Positions 12,360 to 23,335 of a DNA stretch of 33,535 nucleotides are shown here, piece by piece. Made by a program: the position numbers and the translations under genes. The notes below the pieces were generated by a model that saw nothing but the letters and a program-made list of their open reading frames with translations, ran no database searches and had not been told where the DNA came from. This DNA is from Neovahlkampfia damariscottae (taxonomy: Eukaryota): positions 124,001 to 157,535 of the forward strand of contig JABLTG010000021.1 in NCBI GenBank assembly GCA_016618085.1, read 5' to 3'. Position 1 is the stretch's first letter, and the number at the start of each line of letters is the position of its first letter.

Positions 12360-12432
12360 TGGACCACTAGGGAATCGAACCCTAGACCTCCTGCTTGCAA
12401 AGCAGGCGCTCTACCAACTGAGCTAGAAGCCC
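12360..12432 (-). tRNA. tRNA-Ala (anticodon UGC)
   Basis: Reverse complement GGGCTTCTAGCTCAGTTGGTAGAGCGCCTGCTTTGCAAGCAGGAGGTCTAGGGTTCGATTCCCTAGTGGTCCA folds as a cloverleaf with G3:U70, A73 and A/B boxes. Confidence 0.96.
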
Positions 12433-12735
12433 TTGATGTCGATAATTCTCGACGTTGGAATTTGGTTCATTTATTTTTAATTTTCTAAACGAGATATTGT
12501 TGTTACAACTGTCCATGAGGCTTTACATCGGATGCCAAATTACTTCTTTTTGAACTTTTCATTTTGATTGATTTCAAGAGAATTATCTTTTCATTTATAA
12601 ACATGTGAATTTATGCATTTAAAATCTTCGTTGATAAATAGTGGGCTGTGAACAAGTGGATTAGAAGTTATTATTTTTATATTCTGTTCATAACAGCTCA
12701 TTGATGAAAGCACTTTGATTGGTTAAAATTATCAA

Positions 12736-13732
12736 ATGGAAACATTATTCACTTACGACACAATACAAACAGCTTGTTGTATAGAATGGTCACCTCATGG
12801 AGACCGAACACAAGTATTATGTGGAACATATTTCCTGGAAAACCAAAAATCAAGAATAGGAAAAATAATTTCCTTTAAAAACGAAAAGTAAACACTTTCA
12901 GAAAAATTAATAATTCAGAAATACCTTAAAAGAAGATAATATATTCGAAACAAGTGGTACTTTTGATTTAAAATGGTCATGGAATCATCCTTTAATTGGA
13001 CAAGCAACTTCTGAAGGTGAAATCAATTTATTGGATGAAAACTTGAAAATTAAAGAATCTTTGAATTTAAACAATGAAATGAGTTTGTCTTTGGATTGGA
13101 ATTCAAGATTATTCAAAACAAAATCTGACGAAAAAATTGCGGTTAGTCATTCAAATGGAACTATTTCTTTAACACAATTGACAACAGATAAATTTGAAAT
13201 TCTTTCAAATTGGAAAGCACATGATTTTGAAGCTTGGATTACAGCCTTTAATTATCATGATACAAATCAATTATTTACAGGAGGTGATGATTCAATTTTT
13301 AAATCTTTTGATATTCGTTCAAATTCTGACAGTTTGATATTTAAATCAAAAGAGCACTATGCTGGTGTTTGTAGTATGCAATCACATCCTACAAATGAAA
13401 ATTTGTTTGTCACTGGTAGTTATGATGAAAATGTGAGAATTTGGGATCTAAGAAAAATGAAATCACCAATCAAAATGTTGAATGTTTCTGGAGGTGTTTG
13501 GAGATTGAAATTCCATGAAAAAGATGAAAACTTATTATTAGCTGCTTGTATGCATGATGGATTTAAGATACTGGATACAAAAGATGAATTGAAAATATTG
13601 CAGCATTATGAGAAACATGAATCATTGGCATATGGTGTGGATTGGTGTTTAAATGAAAAACAAGAAGGATTATCAATTTGTAGTTGCTCATTTTATGATC
13701 ATTTACTCAATTTTTGGCGAATTAAAGAATAA
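12736..13732 (+). CDS. DPH7: Diphthine methyl ester hydrolase DPH7/WDR85 (WD40); exons 12736-12887, 12919-13732
   Basis: LCGTY, FDLKW, WKAHDFEAWITAF, TGGDD, GGVWRLKFH, AACMHDGF, HESLAYGVDW and SCSFYDH. Confidence 0.92.
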
Positions 13733-13892
13733 CACAATGATAAACCAAATTTCAATAAAATTCGAAAAAATAGAAAATATAATATTTTTAATTCAAACTA
13801 AAATTTATTATATATTCAACCAATCAAATACATTTATTGTTACAAATTTTTTCTCAACAAAAAATAAACAAAAAAAAATTGATTTATAAAAA

Positions 13893-14537
13893 ATGAGCAA
13901 ACTAAGAAACTTAAAATACCATGAACAAAAATTATTGAAAAAAGTTGATTTTTTATCATGGGAAACAGATGGAAATCAAGAATACAGAGCAAGAATTATC
14001 AAAGCAATTTCTAAATACAGACTCAGAGACCAAGAAGAATTTTTCAAGTAAAAGAATAAAAAAAAACTAAATAAAAACAAGATACCAAAAAATAGCAACT
14101 GAAGTTAATGAAGCAATAAAATCAATCAAAGGTTTACCAGACACAGAAGAATATAAAGAATTCAAAAAATCAGAATTATCAAAAATATCATTAAAACTCT
14201 ATCAAATGGGTATTTTAAGAGAACCAAATCATCCATTAGATAAAAAGTTATTACCTGAACAATTTTGTAATAGAAGAATTTCTTATTTAATGTTTAAACA
14301 ACATTATGCGGAAAGTGTAACTTTAGCAGCAAACTACATTTCTCATGGACGTAAAAAAAAAATTAATCAAATTTTTAAACTCTTAAAGATATTAGAATTG
14401 GACCTGAAATTATTACAGATCCAGCATATTTAGTGACTAGAAATTTAGAAGACTTTATAACATGGTCAGAAGGTTCAAATATCAAAAAATCAATTCTTAA
14501 ATTTAATGATGAATATGATGATTATAATCAATATTAA
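13893..14537 (+). CDS. IMP3: U3 snoRNP protein IMP3; introns 14048-14081, 14351-14388
   Basis: [25 protein letters not shown] and [26 protein letters not shown]. Confidence 0.93.
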
Positions 14538-14552
14538 TGAAATAAAAAACTT

Positions 14553-16060
14553 TTAATTCAGTATAAAATCGAAAATTTTTTTTTCTTTCAAAGCAAATTG
14601 AACATCTTTTTTTGTTACATTCAAAGAAAGTGTTGAGAGATTAAATTTTGTTTTTTTGTTTAATTTAATCATATTATATTCAACTAATGATTGACATCGA
14701 TCCATAATTCCTGCTGAACTTAATGATAATTCAACTGGAAAGTTTTTTGATTTCAATAATTTATTGTAATAAGAAATTAACTATGAAAATATTTTAGTTA
14801 GATTTTATCAATATTTACTGTTTCTATGGTGATTTCTTTGATTTTATCATCATCCAATAATTTAACACATGCACATAATAAAAATTGATTTTCTGTAGGA
14901 AGTGATGAAATTTGTTGTTCAATCGATTTGATAACATAATTCTTGAATATTTCATTAACAGTTTTCATTGTGACTTTTTCAATTTTTCCTGATAATAATA
15001 AATCAACAGCCTTTTTTGAAACATCCAATAATTTTCTTGCATCTCCTTCAGATTCTAATTTCCTTGCTATGAATTTAACAGCAGCACCATCGAACATATG
15101 TTCAATACCTGATGAATTTAATCTTTCTTTCAAGATCAATTCAAATTGTTTTGAAGAATAAGGTAAAAATGAGACATGATGAATATCTTCATTAAAAAAC
15201 TTCATTCCAATTTTTGATGATAAATCTGACATATTGGCGATTCCAATAAGTATCAATGACGAATTTTCATCAGATGACCATGAGAATAAATTCTCCAAAA
15301 CATCATTTTTCTTTTGTTTTTGGAGCAATCTTTCAATTTCATCCAAGATTAAAATATAAATTTTCTTTGAATTAATATCTTCTTCTTCTTTATCCAAATC
15401 TTCATATTGATCCAAATTATTACTTCCAATGAATAAATCCTCTAAAAATGATTCCATTGAATCATCAAAATTTTTTTCTTTTTTTGACTTCACCTCAGAA
15501 GCCAGTCTTTTATACAAATTTTTTGGTGTTGTTAAATCCATACAATTGATATATATTCTTTGACAATTTTCATCTGAAACTTTTTTTAAAATTGTATTAA
15601 TCACTAAAGTCTTTCCTGTTCCTGGTCTGCCTGTTACTAATAGACCTTTTCCTTTTCTTGTGAAAATACCATTAGATATGATTTCAGAAATAGTTTCTGT
15701 TTCATTTTCCCTACCAAAAATAGTTTCAGGTGATAAAGATCTTGAAAGTTGTTCTCTTGCTTTTGCTAATCTTCTAATTTTTTCTTGAAGTTTCATTTTT
15801 GGTTGATTTTCAATAGTCGTGTTTTCTTGAAGTACATATAAATCTTTTTGTTCCATTAAAAAAGGATTTGTTTCTTTAACTCTTTGTATTGTTTTTACAT
15901 TTTTTAAATTTTTTAAAGGTGTTTCATCTGTCGAAATTTCTTTTATTTTTTTTGTTTTTGGTTCTTCTTTGGATTCAAATGTCTCATTAATTTTTCTTTT
16001 AATTCCATTTTTTCTATTTTTTCGACTTCTAATAGGAGTTGATCCTTGTAATGTTTGCAT
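14553..16060 (-). CDS. CDC6: CDC6/ORC1-family AAA+ replication initiator; intron ~14781-14818
   Basis: Walker A GRPGTGKT, YINC, Walker B LILDEIE, LIGIAN, FLPYSSKQ, GDARK and a C-terminal winged helix. ATG at 16060. Confidence 0.85.
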
Positions 16061-16134
16061 CTTTTTTTTTTGAGCCAAAAAGTTTTAACGGAATAAAATA
16101 ACCAATCAAACTCTATTATTTATTGACCAATAAG
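16061..16134. promoter_or_regulatory. 74-bp bidirectional promoter shared by CDC6 and E2F
   Basis: Divergent ATGs at 16060 and 16135, with CCAAT at 16102 and 16127. Confidence 0.7.
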
Positions 16135-17183
16135 ATGTCTCAAAAACTTTCACAAGAATTGCATGAAGAAGGTTTGAATAAATTGATTTTTTTATATTTG
16201 AAAGGACTTTTAAGTCACATTATAGAAAATGAAGAAGAGGATAACACACCAAACTTTTTTGAAGATACATCACAAAATTATCAAGAATCACAGGATAGTC
16301 AGAGATCTGTTGAATCTTCAAAATCAAATCAGCGTTATGACAGTTCTTTATCACTTTTAACACAAAAATTTGTTGGATTAATTCATAAATCTGATCAAGG
16401 TATTTTAGATTTAAATGAAGCGGCGGTAATTTTGAATGTTCAAAAAAGAAGAATTTACGACATCACCAATGTGTTGGAAGGTGTTGGTTTAATTGAAAAA
16501 AATGCGAAAAACAATATAAAATGGAGGTTTTTATTTTTTTCTAATTTTTAAACGAAATTTTAGAGGATCAACTAATACACTGTTTCAAGCAACAACTGAA
16601 TTAGATTTTGACGGTCCAGATGACCTCAAAGAAACAGAAGATGAAATTCAAGATTTACTAATGGAAGGACAAGAGTTGGATATTCAAATCAACCAACAAT
16701 TACAAACCAATGCTTTAAAAGAAGAATCTCTTTCTGTAACACATAATGATATAAAAAATCTCTCTTTTCTGAGAGACCAAACGATTTTATCAATAAAAGC
16801 ACCTCAAGGAACGACACTTGAAATTCCTGAAGAAGGTGGAAAAAAAAAAAAATTAACGGTTTTTAAAAGGTTCAGAGTTTACAAATCTTAGGTATGAGAT
16901 TTATTTGAATTCAGAAGGAAAACCTATTAAAGTTGGTTTGCTGAGCACAGAAGAGATTTTACCAACACCAAGTTCAAATGATACACAAATAAACTCAAAT
17001 AGTTCTCTATTGAATTCACCAAGTAGTATTCATTTTGGAAGTCAAAGTACGAATATTTCATTACCAAAATCTATTTTTGATAATGATTTCTTATTTGAAA
17101 TGAATGAAACAGAGGGTATTTCTGATTTCTATGTAGAAGATTTTGAACCTAATAATTTATTGGATTTCAATAATTTCAAATAA
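16135..17183 (+). CDS. E2F: E2F-family transcription factor; introns 16527-16563, 16836-16869
   Basis: [40 protein letters not shown], marked box [12 protein letters not shown] and Rb-binding-like EGISDFY. Confidence 0.93.
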
Positions 17184-17264
17184 ATTTTGTATGTTTGTAT
17201 ATTATTATTATTGGTTTATTTTTTTTTTTTGTTTCTGAGTTTGTATTGTTTTGATTTTAGTTTC

Positions 17265-17936
17265 ATGAAAGGAAAATTTATTAGTGATAGAGTTATAGAA
17301 GCATGTGGTAAAGAATTAACAATAAAACAAAATTTAAGTGATGATATTGAACATGGAGGTTCTGTATGGGATGCAGCAATTGTTTTAGCTAAATATTTTG
17401 AAAATGAAGATATTTTTCCAAAAGGTTATTTTTCAAACAAAAAAATACTTGAATTAGGTTCTGGAAATGGATACTTAGGTCTTGTTTTATGTTTACTTGA
17501 AGCTAAAAATGTTTTAATGACCGACAGAAAAAATTTATTACCTTTAATAGAAGAGAACATCAAAATAAACAATTTTGAAAATGAAATTGGAAAGAGAGTT
17601 TTTATGAAAGAATTAGATTGGGGTGTCACAAAACTTGATGAAAAATTTGATATTATTGTTGCATCTGATTGTATTTATGACAAAAAAGAAATGTAAGTAA
17701 AACTGAAATTAAAACAGAAAAGGTGGATGGAATTTGCTCAAGCCTTGATAGATTTAGCAAGTGAGGATACACTGATTATAATATCTTACGAAAATAGATC
17801 AGATATTGACGCAGGATTCTTTCCGTTCATCAAAAAAAAAAATTTTTGTGTGAAAAAAATTGAACAAGAAGATTTAGATGAATTTTGGCGTTGTGAAGAC
17901 ATCAACGTCTTTCATTTAACAAAAAAGAAAAAATAG
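17265..17936 (+). CDS. METTL21-like protein lysine methyltransferase; intron 17693-17722
   Basis: GGSVWDAAIVLAKY, ILELGSGNG, ELDWG and FDIIVASDCIY. Confidence 0.9.
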
Positions 17937-17952
17937 ATTCATTTATCTAATT

Positions 17953-19068
17953 TTACTTTTTTGATGTTTGCTGAAAATTCATGAAATCATTCATTGCTTG
18001 ACTATTTGAACTTTTAGGTTTTGGAGGTGGAGATCTTGCTCTTTTTCTTGATTCATTTGAAAATGAACCTCTTCCTCCATGTGAACTACCAAATTGTCTA
18101 CTACTTTTACCATCATGTTTTTTTGTACTTTCTTTTTTGATCCACTGTATTTCACCTTCTTGTTTGTCTCTTCCATCATCTCTTCTTCTTCCCCTTTGAA
18201 TTTTTAAAACCTCCTCTTCTATCACCACCACGACCTCTTCCTCTACTTCCACGATCATTACCACCTCTCCCACGCCCACTACCTCTGAATGAAGAAAATC
18301 CTCTTCCACGAGAACCAAATAAACTCGATAATCCATTTTTTTCACGAAGAGTACGTAGAAATTCCAATCTATTAATCATTCATTAGAAACATAGTTTTCA
18401 AACTTTTCTTCAATTTCAATTAATTCATTTTTATCATTCTTTGATTCATTATCTTTATAAAGTTTCATAAAAATCTCCATCTCCTCTTTTTTTTTAAATT
18501 CAATATAAGATTCTCTTCTCCATTCACCATCTTTTTTTCTTATTCTTACAGATTCTAAATTTGGTTTTAAATCACAATTTGGTAAATCTGTAAATATCAA
18601 TGATATACCAATCTTTATGTTTTCAATAATTTCTTCATTTGTTTTTGAATTCCAACTGAAAGGTAAATTTTTAAAAATTAATGATCTTGAATCTCGATCT
18701 AAATCTTTTGGAGGATTTAATCTTCTAACTCTTCCTTTTCTGACTTTTAAAAATTCAGATCCTTTAAACTCTTTTTCATAAAATTCTGCAACATTGAAAT
18801 TTGAATCTTCTTTTAAAACTAATTGAAGGAATGATTTCAAACGATTGAAAGTTAATAACACACTAATATCGACATCTACAAGTTTTAGAAATTGTTTCTA
18901 AGACTTTTACAGCCATCTTCATTTTCTCGAACTTTTTGTTTTAGAAAATTGTCATATGGTAAATTTGATTTTTTTTTGTTCATTTTCATTTATTTCTACA
19001 GTTGATATTTCTTTTATATCGTCATCTTCAATTTGGATGATTTTTGGTTCTTCGTTTTCTTCCATCAT
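17953..19068 (-). pseudogene. La-motif/RRM/RGG RNA-binding protein, frame-disrupted in this sequence
   Basis: SNLPYDNFL..NEDGYVDISVLLTFNRLK (La motif), RSLIFKNLP..YIEF (RRM) and an RGG tail. Frame breaks near 18965 and 18195. Introns 18876-18910 and 18369-18403. Confidence 0.6.
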
Positions 19069-19134
19069 TTTTTTTTAAGGATTTGGCTTTGATTGGTTAT
19101 TATTATTATGAATCTTGAAAAATGAAATTGAATT

Positions 19135-20213
19135 TTATTTTGTTTTTGGTAAATCATGTAAAGCAACACAAACACATGCTTTTTGATGTCCTTTATAAGT
19201 TTTGATTGAATCACCTTTTGAAATATCCCATAACTTAGCAGTGCCATCACTTGAACAAGAAACTAAATAAGCAGAATCTGATGAAAAAGCAGCATCCCAA
19301 ACCCATCTTTTATGCTCTTTCAATTCTTTTTTTAATTTTCCTTCGAAATCCCAAACACGAATAGTATAATCAGCAGAAGTAGTTACAATCTTTTAAAAAA
19401 ATGAAAATTTGAAACATCTTACGTATTGTAAATTTGGACTTATAAGACATTTTAAAATATAATTTGAATGTGCTTCAAAAGATAGGAGTAATTCTAACTT
19501 TGAATCTTTGTAATTCCAAATGTCAACCATTCCTTTGTTATTTGCTGAAACAACGAAATTACCAACTGATGATATACTTCTTATACCTACTGAACCATGT
19601 AAATTTTTTTCAAAAACACATTCATCTTTTGTTAAATCATAAATGGAGATTTTTCCATCTTCTTCGCCTGCTATTAACTCTGCTTGATTCTTATAAAGAC
19701 ATAATGCATTAACAGATGATTTCAATTGATACTTTTTTTTACAACTTAAACTTTCTATTTGTGAATTTTGTTAACAAATGAAATTATGAATTACTCAAAT
19801 CCCAAATACGAATTGTTTTATCTTCACTTCCAGAGTATATCTATTGTTTTTTAAATATGATTGAATTTTGATTTACCCTTTGAAAATTATTTTTTTTTTC
19901 TTCTTTTACCATTTATCCTGTTTTTGAAAACCTAAAGCCATAATGTTACCAGTATGACCTTCAAATGAAGCAATAGGTTGTTGACTATTACTATCAATTG
20001 AATATAATCTTATAACTAAATGAGAACCACTTGCCAAAATATCTTTGTTGTTTGAAATGGCAAGACAATTTACTTGTGAGTCATTGAATTGTATTGTTTG
20101 ATAACACACACTTGAAATTTAGTTTTTATTGTTTTTTACGTTGATGTTGCTTCCCAAAATTTAACAGTATGGTCATAACTTGCTGTCACCAACACCACTT
20201 GAGAATTACTCAT
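19135..20213 (-). CDS. LST8: TOR complex subunit LST8 (WD40), multi-exon
   Basis: VLVTASYDHTVKFWEA, QFNDSQVNCL, FEGHTGNI, AHSNYILKCLISP, HKRWVWDAAFSSDSAYLV and YKGHQKACVCVALHD. Confidence 0.95.
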
Positions 20214-20245
20214 TTTGTTTTTTTATTGGTCAATATGAAAAATGA

Positions 20246-21403
20246 ATGTTATTGAAAATGTGAACAGAAATTGGAATTGGAAGAATAAATCTAAATATTT
20301 TGTATTATATAAATTTATAAAATGTCGTATTGGGTAGTAATGAAAGTATCAAGATTAAATGAAAATTACAAGAAATTATTGATCGACCGCTTTGTACTCA
20401 AAAAATTTTTTTTCAAAACTAATATTTATTTCAAATCAAAAAGTTAAGACTTGCCATACTTACACAAGAGACTTGATGCGATGTTCAATAAAAATTCTTT
20501 GTGAGAAAGAGGAAATGACTTGGTGTTTCTGTAAACCAAAAAAGCATTTGTTAAAAATGATTTGTAAATAAGCATCAGCCTATGTACCTTCAACAGTAGC
20601 ATGTCTATGAGGATTCAAGTATTTGGTGTATAAAGCATTGAAGTTATCTGCTTTGTTTTTGTGGCTATCATAAAAATTTAAAACTTTTTTTGCTTGTTCT
20701 ACAGTCACATTCTTGGTAGCTTGAACTTTGAAAGCATTTGTAACATGATTAACTTTCTTCCTACTATATGTTGGAAACAACATCGATAATAATCCAATTA
20801 TTGGTAAAGTTAGTGGTAGAGTGATTTATTTTAAATTTATCATTTTTTTGAGTGCTTCCAATTCTTCTCGTTTTTTGAGAATAGACTGATTCAAATCTTC
20901 CTCTATCTCTCGCACAATTTATCAGACAATTGTTCCAAGAATTCACTCAATACAAATGTCGTCTTTCATTTTTTTCTTTAAACATGTTTCAATCAATTGT
21001 TTCAAAGTTTTTTTTGTTCTGTCTTGAATGTTTGGTACAATTGAAAATCACTGAGTTTTGTGTATCAATGAGATTGCACTTTTTTCAAATCCATGTTGAT
21101 TGGTCCAACTTCTGATCGGACTATTATGCCAAACCAACTTCACTTCCGCACAAAATTTTTTTGGTTCCACTGAATCAACATTCTTGAATGTCGATAATTT
21201 GACCATGTCCTTTTCAAATAATGGCATGGATCTTGATGTGAATGGTGAAATATTTGCACTTGAAACAAATACATCTTCTTTCTTGGAATTCTCTGTTCTG
21301 ATTGGTCAACGGTTCTCAACAGAAGAACTCATGTTATTGAAAATGTGAACAGAAATTGGAATTTTGTTCCTGAAAATATTTTGATTGGAAGAATAAATCT
21401 AAA
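20246..21403 (+). repeat. Direct repeat pair 20246-20295 / 21331-21403 flanking a degenerate insert
   Basis: 33-bp identity ATGTTATTGAAAATGTGAACAGAAATTGGAATT followed by GGAAGAATAAATCTAAA. The second copy has 23 extra bp. Confidence 0.9.
20444..20790 (-). mobile_element. Degenerate piggyBac-like transposase C-terminal fragment
   Basis: KKVNHVTN, VLNFYDSHKNKADNFNALYTKY..R, then a stop/frameshift, then LTNAFLVY..LSHKEFLLNIASSL. This matches the piggyBac pattern YN..MGGVD..D..Y / NAYILY..LS..EF..LA..L. Confidence 0.6.
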
Positions 21404-21422
21404 AATAAAACAAATTTTGAAC

Positions 21423-22811
21423 ATGAACAAAACGTTGGGTGTTGATTACTTTACAAATGACAAAGAAGAAGACAGGGTAATTGGTTCAATACTCACTGTA
21501 ATGATTGGTGATATATTAGGAGCAGGAGTGGAAGGACATGGTTCAACAACTATATCAAAATATTATTCATCAGGTGTAACAGATTTTATTTCTGCAGCTC
21601 ATATGGGTATTTATGAATTAGGTGAAAGATATGGAATGTACACAGATGATACAAATTCAACACTTGCTTTAGCCACGTCATTAGTTCAAAAACAATATTT
21701 AGATGCAAAACATTGCGCAGAAAGTTATTCAAAATTTTATTTCACAGAACCAAAAAGAGGATACCCAGATAGTGCTCAAAAAGTTCTTTATGGAATCAAA
21801 AATGGAATGGATTATAAAAAAACGGGTACTATTGCATTTCAAGATGGATCTTATGCAAATGGAGGAGCAATGAGAATAACTCCGATAGGATTAGCATTTA
21901 GAAATGCAACTGATGATATTTTATATGAAGCATGTCGTCTGGCAATAATTTCTTCTCATGTTCATCCTGAAGCGATTGATGGAGCATATATCATTGTTAA
22001 ATGTATTCAATTTGGGCTTTCATTTGATTCAAAAAAAGGCCTTGATGAAATCAAATTCCTCAAAGCAATGAAATCTTCAGCCAAAACAGAAGAAATGAAA
22101 AAGAGAATTGAAAACTTGATTAAATCGTTTAGAAATGGAGATTCAGATGAAAAGGCTCTTCAAAAAATTTCAGGTTCTTTTCAAATTCGAGCTGTTGAAG
22201 CTGTTCCTGTTGTGCTTTGGGGTTTCATAAAATACTGGAAAAATCCAGAAGAAGCATTGATAAAAATGATAGGATTTGGAGGAGACACAGATACAACTGC
22301 ATGTATTCTTGGAGGTATTTTAGGATCAATTCATGGAACTAGTTGGATACCACATCGTTGGTTTGACAATATGGAGAATGGTAAATTTGGAAGGGATTAT
22401 TGTATTGAAATGGGAAGACATTTGTTTGATTTAAATTTAAAAGATTTTGAAAAAATAAAATCAGTTCAACTAAAAGAAAAAGGAAATGAATATTATGTCA
22501 AACAAGAATTCAAAAGTGCATTTGAAAACTACATTGAAGCATTAAAAGATGTTGATTTAACAAGAAAGTTGAAGATTGATTTATATTCAAATTGTGCTCA
22601 ATGTAAAGTGAAATTGAATGAATTTGAAGATGCTGTTAAATTTGCAGATGAATGCTTATCAATTGATTCAAAGCATCTCAAATCTATTCATAACAAATCG
22701 TTTTCACTTTTGAAATTAGAAAAATATACAGAAGCTATGAAAGTCTGTGAAATTGGACTAGAAATTGACTCAGAAGATGAAAAGTTGAAAAAATTGAAAA
22801 TCTTATTTTGA
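21423..22811 (+). CDS. ADP-ribosylglycohydrolase (ARH3/DraG family) fused to C-terminal TPR repeats
   Basis: GDILGAGVEG, YTDDT, SYANGGAMRITP and GGDTDT. TPR LKEKGNEYY..YSNCAQC. Confidence 0.92.
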   Translation: MNKTLGVDYFTNDKEEDRVIGSILTVMIGDILGAGVEGHGSTTISKYYSSGVTDFISAAHMGIYELGERYGMYTDDTNSTLALATSLVQKQYLDAKHCAESYSKFYFTEPKRGYPDSAQKVLYGIKNGMDYKKTGTIAFQDGSYANGGAMRITPIGLAFRNATDDILYEACRLAIISSHVHPEAIDGAYIIVKCIQFGLSFDSKKGLDEIKFLKAMKSSAKTEEMKKRIENLIKSFRNGDSDEKALQKISGSFQIRAVEAVPVVLWGFIKYWKNPEEALIKMIGFGGDTDTTACILGGILGSIHGTSWIPHRWFDNMENGKFGRDYCIEMGRHLFDLNLKDFEKIKSVQLKEKGNEYYVKQEFKSAFENYIEALKDVDLTRKLKIDLYSNCAQCKVKLNEFEDAVKFADECLSIDSKHLKSIHNKSFSLLKLEKYTEAMKVCEIGLEIDSEDEKLKKLKILF

Positions 22812-22932
22812 ATCTGTCCAAAAATAGTTAATGTCTTTTAATTGGTTATTAACTTTTCCAAAAAGGGCAGGGCAATTTCTAATAAATGTTAGAAGGATTA
22901 TTTGATTGGTCACATTTTATTTTTTATCCAGA

Positions 22933-23262
22933 ATGTTAAAGCTTGAAGATGTCCAAATACATTTTGACAAACCAATTCATGAAGCATCTGCTTGTTTAGG
23001 TGTCCAAATTCATGATTTGAAGAAAGTTCTTCACGAAAATAATTTAAAAAGATGGCCATGCAATGGATTCAGGAAAGTTCCAAAAAGGAATGATGCAATT
23101 GATTCACCATTCAAGATTATTCAATTTAAAAAACCAATTCCAACCAAATATCCACCTTTAAAACCTGCAATCAAAATCATAAAACCAAAAAAAACATTAC
23201 CATCAATTTTGCCTTCATTTCAAACATTGGTTAGGTCAATTCAGACACAACAACCACTTTAA
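22933..23262 (+). CDS. Small RWP-RK domain transcription factor
   Basis: LEDVQIHFDKPIHEASACLGVQIHDLKKVLHENNLKRWP. ATTGG at 22905. Confidence 0.85.
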   Translation: MLKLEDVQIHFDKPIHEASACLGVQIHDLKKVLHENNLKRWPCNGFRKVPKRNDAIDSPFKIIQFKKPIPTKYPPLKPAIKIIKPKKTLPSILPSFQTLVRSIQTQQPL

Positions 23263-23335
23263 ACTGTATGTACTCAATAAATCTATTTTTTTTTGATCAC
23301 TTTTGATTGGTCAGATAATACTACTTGGAAGATTT

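Noticed and set aside
12433..12701. Stop-interrupted minus-strand frame upstream of the tRNA
   Set aside because: Multiple stops and no recognisable homology.
18194..18210. 17-nt GT..AG micro-intron in the La gene
   Set aside because: Far shorter than other introns here, and splicing it enters the less plausible reading frame.
20300..21330. Intact piggyBac termini (TTAA + TIR) around the relic
   Set aside because: No matching inverted termini found by eye.
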